Assembly: GCA_023265515.1 (NCBI GenBank)
Contig: JAHFSZ010000003.1
Span: 22,889-68,953 of the forward strand
Source: Verrucomicrobiota bacterium
GTDB lineage: Bacteria; Verrucomicrobiota; Verrucomicrobiia; JABWAM01; JAHFSZ01
Direction of reading: 5' to 3'
Length of the DNA stretch: 46,065 nt
Position numbers and translations under genes: made by a program. Positions within the stretch are counted from its first letter, which is position 1. Every line of letters starts with the position of its first letter. The notes beneath the pieces are model-generated. The model made no database searches and was not told the origin of the DNA. It saw only the letters and a program-made list of their open reading frames with translations. Of this stretch, positions 1 through 7,500 are shown piece by piece.

Positions 1-10
1 CGCGAAATGA

Positions 11-87
11 GCGCCCATAGCTCAACTGGATAGAGCACCTGACTACGGATCAGGAGGTTTCAAGTTCGAATCTTGATGGGCGCGCCA
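11..87 (+). tRNA. tRNA-Arg (anticodon ACG)
   Basis: Cloverleaf: acceptor GCGCCCA/TGGGCGC, D-arm GCTC..GAGC, anticodon arm CCTGA-CT ACG GA-TCAGG, T-loop TTCGAAT, encoded CCA at 85-87. Confidence 0.97.
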
Positions 88-90
88 TTT

Positions 91-160
91 TCGTGGATCG
101 GGGATCGTGAATCGGGGTTCGGATCGCTGCGACACACGATTCACGAAATACGAATCACGC
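91..160. repeat. Heptamer-periodic imperfect inverted repeat between two tRNAs
   Basis: TCGTGGA TCGGGGA TCGTGAA TCG ... CGA TTCACGA AATACGA ATCACGC; the arms are reverse-complementary with a 7-nt period. Confidence 0.8.
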
Positions 161-165
161 ATGAT

Positions 166-239
166 GGCCCGCTAGCTCAATTGGTTAGAGCAGCTGACTC
201 TTAATCAGTTGGTTCCCGGTTCGAGTCCGGGGCGGGCCA
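166..239 (+). tRNA. tRNA-Lys (anticodon CTT), CCA not encoded
   Basis: Acceptor GGCCCGC/GCGGGCC, anticodon arm GCTGA-CT CTT AA-TCAGT, T-loop TTCGAGT; discriminator A239 is followed by CTT rather than CCA. Confidence 0.96.
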
Positions 240-240
240 C

Positions 241-365
241 TTTTTCCTGCAGATCCGCGTCGCATGCCTTCGTTCTTCCTCACTCACACCTCGGTCGAGT
301 AGGTGCATATACACTCCCTCGTGTTCGTTCGTCAGCCTCGGCCTGCTCGCGTCTCTTTGGAAAAA
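241..365. repeat. ~125-bp imperfect palindromic element (RPE/MITE-like)
   Basis: TTTTTCC (241-247) pairs with GGAAAAA (359-365), CGCG with CGCG, and GCATGCC with GGCCTGC (one mismatch); no credible ORF. Confidence 0.5.
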
Positions 366-387
366 GCTAGCCCAAGAGATCGAGAAA

Positions 388-403
388 CCGGGGTGGGCCA
401 CTT
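388..403 (+). repeat. Direct repeat of the tRNA-Lys 3' end (att-like)
   Basis: CCGGGGTGGGCCACTT (388-403) versus CCGGGGCGGGCCACTT (227-242): 15/16 identical. Confidence 0.65.
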
Positions 404-412
404 CTTTCGAAG

Positions 413-472
413 ATCGTAGGCCGAATGTCGAATGTCGTGCGGTTCTGCGATCTACAACATCCGACCTACGAT
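413..472. repeat. Heptamer-periodic inverted repeat overlapping the UGPase stop codon
   Basis: TCGTAGG CCGAATG TCGAATG TCG ... CGA TCTACAA CATCCGA CCTACGA; outer ATCGTAGG (413-420) and CCTACGAT (465-472) pair perfectly. Confidence 0.75.
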
Positions 473-1647
473 TTTTTGGCCACCAGCCGAAAATCCTCCG
501 TCAACTGATACGCATCCGAGCGCAGCAGTTCCAGGTCGGCGTTGGTTTTGACGGGAGTGAAGCGCGCTCGCGGGACCACCACGGCCCCGGCCCCTTCGAA
601 TAGCTCGATGGCGGCGCCCATCGCGGTTTCATACTGGATGACGCGAGCCGAAGCCTCGTTCTTGGGATCAACATTCTTCAGATTCCGAATCACCGGCAGA
701 GGCAAAAGACCCTCGAACTCATGCAACAGGTCTCGAAGCCGATCGAGGTTGATCCAGAGATTGTTGGTATTGAAATAGCGGTGGCGGCTGATGTCTTGAA
801 AGTGTTTCCGGTCGTCTTCATGGCACTGCACCGATTCACGAAGGATCAGCTTGCCGGATTTGGCCCTCGCGAGGTGGCCGCCCTTCTGGTCGCTTTTGGT
901 GCGCTCGGCGACTTCCATGAGGAATGGCGCGCCTGACGACGCGAAGTGGGCGAGCAGGCGCGGGGAGAGCGTGGCACCGAGGTTGTCGGCGTTGGAGACG
1001 AACAGATAGAGCACGCCCGCACCGATCAGTCGTTCGAGCAGGCCTGAGTGCTGGAGGCAAATGTAGATGTCTCCGTGGCCGGGCGGACACCATTCCAAGT
1101 CATCGTCGGAGGGATGTTCGACAGGCCGATGGTCCGCCTCATGAAATTTTGGAACTTTATTCTGGAGCAACTCAAGGTCGGGCTCAGCGGCCAGCTCCGG
1201 ATAGTGTTTTTTTAAATACTCCATGGTTTGGGCCGAGGTGTTAAAGCTGTTCATAAAGATCAGCCGGACGCGCGCCTTGTGCTTTTGATGGAGCAGGAGT
1301 GTTTGCCGGACGATGATGTCGAGAAACGTGAGGCCGTCTTTGACTTCAAGCAGCGATTTGGCGCCATCCAGACCCATGGTGGAGCCGAGACCACCGTTCA
1401 ATTTCAGGATGGCTGTTTTCGAGAAAAGTTCCGCGGCTGTTTTCTTCTCCAGGTCTTCCAAATGGATGAGATCCTTCGGATCGAGTGGCGCGATCTCCGA
1501 TTCGCGGATCCAGTGGCTTTCGGCGTTCTTCCAGAAGCGGCGGACATTGGTTTCGAACGCGCGGATCGCGATGTCGGAGAGGCCATGGGAGCGCATTTTT
1601 TTCGATGCAGCCTGGATCGAGTCTTCATGGGGTTTGGCGCGCTTCAT
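466..1647 (-). CDS. UTP--glucose-1-phosphate uridylyltransferase, eukaryote-type (UDPGP family, not GalU)
   Basis: Motifs LKLNGGLGSTMG..AKSLL, EWCPPGHGD, FVSNADNLGA, KGGHL, FNTNNLW, QYETAMG, RFTPVKT. Confidence 0.93.
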   Translation of the reverse strand: MKRAKPHEDSIQAASKKMRSHGLSDIAIRAFETNVRRFWKNAESHWIRESEIAPLDPKDLIHLEDLEKKTAAELFSKTAILKLNGGLGSTMGLDGAKSLLEVKDGLTFLDIIVRQTLLLHQKHKARVRLIFMNSFNTSAQTMEYLKKHYPELAAEPDLELLQNKVPKFHEADHRPVEHPSDDDLEWCPPGHGDIYICLQHSGLLERLIGAGVLYLFVSNADNLGATLSPRLLAHFASSGAPFLMEVAERTKSDQKGGHLARAKSGKLILRESVQCHEDDRKHFQDISRHRYFNTNNLWINLDRLRDLLHEFEGLLPLPVIRNLKNVDPKNEASARVIQYETAMGAAIELFEGAGAVVVPRARFTPVKTNADLELLRSDAYQLTEDFRLVAKKS

Positions 1648-1738
1648 GAAACACTTTTAGAACCTATCTCAAAATTATCAAGGCATGCGTTGCGAGCGCC
1701 ACGACCGATGGCCAGCGGGAAAGGAACGCCAGGAGTGC

Positions 1739-2467
1739 TCAACCCCACTTTTCAGTCCGCATTTGCGCCTTGGGAATGCCCATCTCCTCGACAACCAGCT
1801 TTTCGGTGGAAACCACCAGCTCAGTCGGACCACAGGCATAGAAGACGGTGTCGGCGAGGGAGCCAATGTGCTCGCGGATCCAGTCGGAATTGATCCGGCC
1901 GCGGTGCCCGTCCCATGCCCCGGTGTAACCGTGCTCGGGAGTCGCGCGGGTGCAGGTGACCTTGAATTTGAAGTTTGGATTGGCCAGCTCGAGCTGCTCG
2001 AATTCGCGCCGGAAAATGATGTCTTCAGGAACCCGAACGCTGTAAAGGATGGTGATTTTCGTGTCCGGCCTCTCCACGTTGCAATGCCGTACGAAGCCTC
2101 GAAATGGGGTGACGCCGCTGCCGCCGGCGATCAGGATCAGATCCCTATTGGGATCGCTGGGAAGGGTGAAATTTCCAGTAGGGGGGATCACCATCAACTT
2201 GGTGCCCACTTGGACAACTTCGTTCAGTTTGGTGCCAAAAAAACCCATTTTTTTGACCGTGATATCAAAATAGCCACGGTCAAACTGGCAGGAAGAGAGT
2301 GAGTAAGCCCTTTTGACCTTTGGGTCGTCTGCGAAATAAAGCGTGATGAATTGGCCGGTCTTGAAAATAAAATCGGTGCCCGTAGGCCATTCGAGCTTTA
2401 AGGTTTTGACATCGTGGGTTTCCTGGGTCAACTCGGTGACAGGCATTTCGGTGATGACTCGTGGCAT
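1739..2467 (-). CDS. FAD/NAD(P)-binding oxidoreductase, ferredoxin-NADP reductase superfamily
   Basis: FKTGQF, RAYSLSS (RxYS), LIAGGSGVTPF, FYACGP, aromatic C-terminus EKWG; no 2Fe-2S domain. Confidence 0.88.
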   Translation of the reverse strand: MPRVITEMPVTELTQETHDVKTLKLEWPTGTDFIFKTGQFITLYFADDPKVKRAYSLSSCQFDRGYFDITVKKMGFFGTKLNEVVQVGTKLMVIPPTGNFTLPSDPNRDLILIAGGSGVTPFRGFVRHCNVERPDTKITILYSVRVPEDIIFRREFEQLELANPNFKFKVTCTRATPEHGYTGAWDGHRGRINSDWIREHIGSLADTVFYACGPTELVVSTEKLVVEEMGIPKAQMRTEKWG

Positions 2468-2541
2468 ATTCTGTTGGTTTAAAATGTTGCGAGCAGTAAG
2501 GAAAGCATCATAAGTTCTCCGAAGCTTTACCCCTTTAGACG

Positions 2542-4326
2542 ATGGCGGAGCAAATCAAAAGAAAAACTTTGGACCAGCGCGCGCAGATGTCCGATCTGGA
2601 GCGCCTGCGTCATTCGTGCGCCCATGTCATGGCGACTGCTGTGATGCGGCTGTGGCCTGACACCAAGCTCGATGTCGGCCCGCCCACGGAGGAGGGTTTC
2701 TATTACGACTTCGACGCGACGCATCGCTTCGTTCCGGAGGACTTTGAGAAGATCGAGGCCGAGATGGCGAAAGTGGTCGCCGAGAAGCAGCTCTTCCAGA
2801 AGCATGTCATGTCGCGCGACGAGGCGCTCAAAAAAATCCGCGCGATGAATCAGCCGCTTAAGGAGATCCGTCTGGCCGACATCCCGCAGGACGAGGAGAT
2901 TTCCTTTTATCAAAATGGCGATTTCGTCGACCTCTGTGCAGGGCCGCATATCGACGACACGGCGAAGGTTCGGGCGTTCAAACTGCTCTCGATTGCCGGA
3001 ACTTATTTCAAAGGCGATGCGCGCAATCCGCAGCTTCAGCGGTTGTACGGCACGGCTTTCCCGAGCGAGAAGGAGCTGCGAATCCACTTGACTGCGCTCG
3101 AGGAAGCAAAGAAGCGTGACCACCGAAAGCTTGGCAAGGAGTTGAAACTTTTTTCGATCACGCCGTTGGTGGGGGGAGGGTTGCCGTTGCTTTTGCCGAA
3201 GGGAGGCGTCATCCGCCGCGAGCTGGAGAGATTTATCGACGAGAAGCTCGATGCCCGCGGCTACGACCGCGTCTTCTCGCCGCACATCGGAGACATTCAG
3301 CTGTACAAGACGTCGGGGCACTATCCCTATTACAAGGACAGCATGTATGAGCCGGTTCATATCGACAAGGACGAGTACCTGCTTAAGCCGATGAATTGTC
3401 CGATGCATATTCAGATGTACGACAGCGAGCCGAGGAGCTACCGCGATCTGCCGCTGCGCCTTGCGGAGTTCGGGACCGTGTATCGGTACGAACAGTCCGG
3501 CGAGCTCAACGGCCTGACGCGCGTGCGCGGCTTCACCCAGGACGACGGCCACATCTTCTGCACACCCGATCAGCTTCGCGATGAAATCAAGGACTGCATC
3601 CGCCTTGTCACCGAGGTTCTGGATGTGTTCAAGCTGCCCTATCAAACGCGTGTTTCGTTGAGCGATCCCAAGAACGCCGACAAATACGCGGGGGGCCGCG
3701 AATTGTGGGACAGGGCCGAGGCTGCGCTCCAGGAGGTCGTCGATGAATTGGACATTCCATCCACGCTCGGCGTGGGAGAAGCGGCTTTCTATGGCCCGAA
3801 GCTTGATTTCATGATCAAGGATGCGCTTGGCCGCAGCTGGCAGCTTTGCACCATCCAGGTCGATTATTCGCTGCCGGAGCGTTTCAATCTCGAGTACGTC
3901 GGCAGCGACGGGCAGAAGCACCGGCCTGTCATGATCCACCGGGCCGTTTTCGGCTCGATCGAGCGGTTCATGGCCGTGCTCATCGAGCATTTTGCAGGCG
4001 CCTTCCCGGTCTGGCTCGCCCCTGAGCAGGTTCGCCTCCTGCCGATCAGTAACGATCAGGTGGCTTACGCGGAAGAACTCGCCCGGCAGCTTCGCGCGGC
4101 GAAAATTCGCGTGACAGTGGACCACAAAGCTGACAAAATTAGCGGCAAAGTTAGAAATGCGCAGTTACAGAAAGTCCCTTACATGCTTGTCGTCGGCGCG
4201 AAGGAAGCGGCCGACCAGACTGTTTCTGTGCGGGCTCGCCAGCACGGTGATCAGGGCGCCACTCCCTTCGCTGTTTTTCTGGAACGCTTGAGCCGTGAAA
4301 TAGCTTCCCGTGCATTGCCTTCGTAA
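2542..4326 (+). CDS. thrS: Threonine--tRNA ligase (lacks N-terminal TGS domain)
   Basis: RHSCAH, DLCAGPH, RDHRKLG, LKPMNCPMH, RVRGFTQDDGHIF, AAFYGPK, HRAVFGSIERF, C-terminal anticodon-binding domain. Confidence 0.98.
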   Translation: MAEQIKRKTLDQRAQMSDLERLRHSCAHVMATAVMRLWPDTKLDVGPPTEEGFYYDFDATHRFVPEDFEKIEAEMAKVVAEKQLFQKHVMSRDEALKKIRAMNQPLKEIRLADIPQDEEISFYQNGDFVDLCAGPHIDDTAKVRAFKLLSIAGTYFKGDARNPQLQRLYGTAFPSEKELRIHLTALEEAKKRDHRKLGKELKLFSITPLVGGGLPLLLPKGGVIRRELERFIDEKLDARGYDRVFSPHIGDIQLYKTSGHYPYYKDSMYEPVHIDKDEYLLKPMNCPMHIQMYDSEPRSYRDLPLRLAEFGTVYRYEQSGELNGLTRVRGFTQDDGHIFCTPDQLRDEIKDCIRLVTEVLDVFKLPYQTRVSLSDPKNADKYAGGRELWDRAEAALQEVVDELDIPSTLGVGEAAFYGPKLDFMIKDALGRSWQLCTIQVDYSLPERFNLEYVGSDGQKHRPVMIHRAVFGSIERFMAVLIEHFAGAFPVWLAPEQVRLLPISNDQVAYAEELARQLRAAKIRVTVDHKADKISGKVRNAQLQKVPYMLVVGAKEAADQTVSVRARQHGDQGATPFAVFLERLSREIASRALPS

Positions 4327-4404
4327 ATCGCGTCATGTGCCAGCCGACTTCGCTTTCTTTTCACTTCCACTCGTGAGTTCCAAACCTAAACAGGAGGATC
4401 GTCT

Positions 4405-5064
4405 ATTCAAAAGTTCATCCGTGTGAATCATCGCATTCGTGTCCCCGAAGTGCGCGTCATCGATGCCGACGGCAAACAGGTTGGCGTGCTCTCGACCCCC
4501 AAGGCGCTCGAACTTGCGCTCCGGCAGGGTCTCGATTTGGTCGAAGTTTCTCCCACCGCGCAGCCGCCCGTCTGCCGGATCGTCGACTTCGGAAAATTTC
4601 GCTACGAGATGTCCAAGAAGGAGAAGTCGGTCAGGAGCCCGGCCGCTTCGCGCGTCAAGGAACTGAAATTTCATATCAACATCGATCCGCACGACCTGGG
4701 GATCAAAATGAATCATGCGCGCGGTTTTATCGAGAAGGGAATGCGGGTGAAGATGTCGCTCGTCTTCCGTGGCCGAGAGATGATGCATGCCTATCGCGGC
4801 GAGGGGCTGATCAACCAGATTCAGACTTTGCTCGCGGACGTTGCGTTCGCGGAAGCGCCTCCCCGGATGATTGGGCGGGCGATCCACCTGATGATGGTTC
4901 CTTCGCACGGCAAGAAGGTCGAAAAGCCGCTGCCGGTACAAGGCCTGCGCATCCCCAACCACGTGTTGGGAGGCCCCGGCTCGCGGTCGTTCGGCCAGTC
5001 GGTCGACATTTCAAAGCCGGCGGTCCCGGCCCCTCCGTTGCCCACGACGGCTAAAAAGCCCTGA
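4405..5064 (+). CDS. infC: Translation initiation factor IF-3, probable ATT start
   Basis: RVNHRIR..EVRVID, LDLVEVSP..PPVCRIVDFGKFRY, FRGRE. In-frame ATT at 4405 lies 7 nt after SD AGGAGG (4392-4397); the ORF track starts at GTG 4423. Confidence 0.95.
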   Translation: MQKFIRVNHRIRVPEVRVIDADGKQVGVLSTPKALELALRQGLDLVEVSPTAQPPVCRIVDFGKFRYEMSKKEKSVRSPAASRVKELKFHINIDPHDLGIKMNHARGFIEKGMRVKMSLVFRGREMMHAYRGEGLINQIQTLLADVAFAEAPPRMIGRAIHLMMVPSHGKKVEKPLPVQGLRIPNHVLGGPGSRSFGQSVDISKPAVPAPPLPTTAKKP

Positions 5065-5131
5065 AAGGCCATTTTCCGGAAAAAAGGTGTTGCGTCGGAT
5101 GCAGGGATGCCTTAAGAGCATCCGCTTTTCT

Positions 5132-5383
5132 ATGCAGAAAACAAACAAGGCGGCTCGAAAGAGATTTAAGATCAGCGCGCGCGGCAAGGTGATGTTCCGC
5201 GGAGCGGGCAAACGGCATCTCGCCGCGAGCAAGAATCGCAAGGCCAAACGACGGCTTGGCAAGGTTCGCAACGCCAGTCCCACCGACACCTACCGGGTGA
5301 AGGGCGCCATGCCGTTCAACCGGCGTCGCTACCGGAACCGGATCGGAAACCCGGCGCCCGAGGCGGCTGCGGCCAAGGCTTAA
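5132..5383 (+). CDS. rpmI: 50S ribosomal protein L35
   Basis: MQKTNKAARKRFKISARGKV..GKRHL; lies between infC and rplT; start moved to ATG 5132. Confidence 0.93.
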   Translation: MQKTNKAARKRFKISARGKVMFRGAGKRHLAASKNRKAKRRLGKVRNASPTDTYRVKGAMPFNRRRYRNRIGNPAPEAAAAKA

Positions 5384-5399
5384 GAAATTTTTTCATCGC

Positions 5400-5464
5400 T
5401 CCTTCCGGTAAGGAAGGATGCTGTCGGGTCAAAACAAAGTCGGTTCCAAAGGGGAGCCGCACCC
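5400..5464 (+). promoter_or_regulatory. Structured rpmI-rplT intergenic RNA (two hairpins)
   Basis: TCCTTCC-GGTAA-GGAAGGA (5400-5418); CGGTTCC/GGAGCCG (5441-5459) enclosed by GGGT (5426-5429)/ACCC (5461-5464). Confidence 0.4.
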
Positions 5465-5485
5465 AAAATAGGAAAGGGCAACACC

Positions 5486-5848
5486 ATGCCTCGCACGACC
5501 AATGCACCGGCAAGCCGCCGCCGCCGCCAGCGCGTCATCAAGGCCTCGAAGGGATATCGGGGAAACCGCAGCAAGCTTTTTCGGTATGCCAAGGACGCAC
5601 AGTTTCAAGCAAAGACCTGGGCCACCGAGCACCGTCGTTACCGCAAGCGCGATTTTCGCAATTTATGGACCGTTCGCATCAACATCGCCAGCCGCAACCT
5701 GGGTATCACTTACAGCCGCTTCATGCAGGGCCTCAAAAAGGCGGGTGTCAGTCTCAATCGGAAGGTTCTCGCGGAACTGGCCGTCCATGATGCGAACACC
5801 TTCGCCGCGCTGGTAGAGAAGGCCAAGGCAAGCCTTGGCAAAAACTGA
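5486..5848 (+). CDS. rplT: 50S ribosomal protein L20
   Basis: KGYRGNRS, RKRDFRNLWTVRINIA, YSRFMQGLKKAG..LNRKVLAELA. Confidence 0.98.
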   Translation: MPRTTNAPASRRRRQRVIKASKGYRGNRSKLFRYAKDAQFQAKTWATEHRRYRKRDFRNLWTVRINIASRNLGITYSRFMQGLKKAGVSLNRKVLAELAVHDANTFAALVEKAKASLGKN

Positions 5849-5933
5849 AGACTAACGAACATTCCACAGCAAACGTTCAACCTTCCCAGAAATGAGGATG
5901 GAAGTTTCGGGGAAAGGACGTTAGAAGGTTTCC

Positions 5934-6944
5934 ATGTCTTTCAGGCATGAGCTGGAAAAGCTTCGCGAGTCGGGTATCAGTTCCATCGCAGGCTCTGTCG
6001 ACGCCGTGTCGCTCGAAGAAGCCCGCGTGAAATATTTCGGGCGGCAGGGGCTTCTGCCTGAGCTGATGAAGAAGCTGGGGCGGCAACCTGCCTCCGAAAA
6101 ACCGGAGCTCGGCAGGCTGGCCAACGAAGTCAAAAAAGCGCTTGAACAGGCCTTCGAGGAGCGGCGGCTCAAACTTTCGGATGCCGCCGCCGTCCCATCC
6201 TATGATTGGAGCCTTCCGGGGCGCCCGGCCGGGCTGGGGCGGCTTCACCCGATCACGCAGACGACTCAAAGGATCGTCGAAATCTTTCGCAAAATTGGTT
6301 TTGAGGTGGCCGACGGCCCGGAGGTGGAAACCGAGTTTTTTTGCTTCGACGCCTTGAACACACCGCCGGATCATCCGGCGAGGGATCTCCAGGACACACT
6401 TTATCTCGCCAAGCCGGACAGCCAGGGCAACCGGCGCCTGCTGCGCACGCATACATCATCGGTCCAGATCCGGACGCTTGTCAAACAGGCGCCACCGATC
6501 CGGATCGTGGCGCCGGGGCGTGTCTACCGGCGCGACGAGGTCGATGCCACCCATGCCGCCTGTTTTCACCAGGTGGAGGGCCTCCACGTCGACCGGGGCG
6601 TCAGCGTCGCCGATCTCAAGGGCACCGTGGAGTATTTCTTCGAGGAGCTTCTTGGCCGGGGAACCCGGACGCGGCTGCGCCCGCATTTTTTCCCTTACAC
6701 GGAGCCCAGTTTTGAGATCGATTTTTCGGCGGAATCCGCCGGCATTCATAAAAAGGAATGGCTCGAAATCGCGGGATGCGGTATGGTCCATCCCAACGTA
6801 TTCAGAGCGGTCGGGTACGATCCGGAGGAATGGTCGGGATGGGCATTTGGCCTCGGCGTGGAACGGATCGCCATGGTTCTCTACGGCGTCAACGACATCC
6901 GTCTGTTTTATGAGAATGATCAGAGATTTCTTCGCCAGTTCTAA
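5934..6944 (+). CDS. pheS: Phenylalanine--tRNA ligase alpha subunit
   Basis: HPARDLQDT, LLRTHTS, PGRVYRRD..DATH, FHQVEG, FPYTEPS, GWAFGLGVER. Confidence 0.98.
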   Translation: MSFRHELEKLRESGISSIAGSVDAVSLEEARVKYFGRQGLLPELMKKLGRQPASEKPELGRLANEVKKALEQAFEERRLKLSDAAAVPSYDWSLPGRPAGLGRLHPITQTTQRIVEIFRKIGFEVADGPEVETEFFCFDALNTPPDHPARDLQDTLYLAKPDSQGNRRLLRTHTSSVQIRTLVKQAPPIRIVAPGRVYRRDEVDATHAACFHQVEGLHVDRGVSVADLKGTVEYFFEELLGRGTRTRLRPHFFPYTEPSFEIDFSAESAGIHKKEWLEIAGCGMVHPNVFRAVGYDPEEWSGWAFGLGVERIAMVLYGVNDIRLFYENDQRFLRQF

Positions 6945-6957
6945 AACAGGTCGCTCC

Positions 6958-7494
6958 ATGCTGCCCCCTGGGGTGGCGCTGGCGGCGGTCTGTCTGTTTT
7001 CCTCATGCGCGACCATGGATTCGGTCGAGCACGACGCGGAGCATCGGGCGGACCAGAGGGGCGATCAACGGACTTCTGGAAGGACCAGGGTTTACCACGG
7101 CCTGGCCTTCGACGTGATGATTCCAGCAGAGATGAAGACCAACACAAAAAAAACCGAGCGGGAGATCGCTCATTACTTTTTCACGCCCGAGATGGCCCAG
7201 CGCCGGGTTGGAATGGGAATCTACGAAGGTCTTGCGGCCAAAAGCATGGTCCGTGTGCGCAAGGACTTGATCGAGGAGGAATCGACACCCGCGGAGATCG
7301 ATTTGTTTGTCGGTAACGTACAGAGAGGTGTGACCTACAAGGGCAAGCGATGGTCGGAGTATTTTCTTTTTCCCAAGGACAGCAACTTTACGCTCCAGAT
7401 CTGGTGGTTTGATGTCGAGCCCGAGGATGAAGCGGTTTTCCGCGAAGTCATCCGCACCATTCACGGGACCTATCCGAAAAAAGTCAGGGATTAA
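6958..7494 (+). CDS. Hypothetical lipoprotein inserted between pheS and pheT
   Basis: Fills the pheS-pheT gap in the same orientation; hydrophobic N-terminus ending in lipobox-like FSSC. The ORF-track start at 6478 overlaps pheS and is rejected. Confidence 0.7.
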   Translation: MLPPGVALAAVCLFSSCATMDSVEHDAEHRADQRGDQRTSGRTRVYHGLAFDVMIPAEMKTNTKKTEREIAHYFFTPEMAQRRVGMGIYEGLAAKSMVRVRKDLIEEESTPAEIDLFVGNVQRGVTYKGKRWSEYFLFPKDSNFTLQIWWFDVEPEDEAVFREVIRTIHGTYPKKVRD

Positions 7495-7500
7495 CGAGCG

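Noticed and set aside
201-401. 66-aa minus-strand ORF, and short ORFs over 31689-32080
   Set aside because: They overlap tRNA genes and a palindromic element and have no coding signature.
2527-4125. 532-aa minus-strand ORF (likewise 32596-34110, 22289-23698, 24502-25626, 36186-37589)
   Set aside because: Each lies antisense to a well-supported gene (thrS, gltX, lepB, FecR protein, barrel) and shows no family motifs.
5849-5933. pheM-like attenuator or T-box upstream of pheS
   Set aside because: The only mini-ORF (MRMEVSGKGR) has no Phe codons and there is no T-box consensus; only an imperfect hairpin is present.
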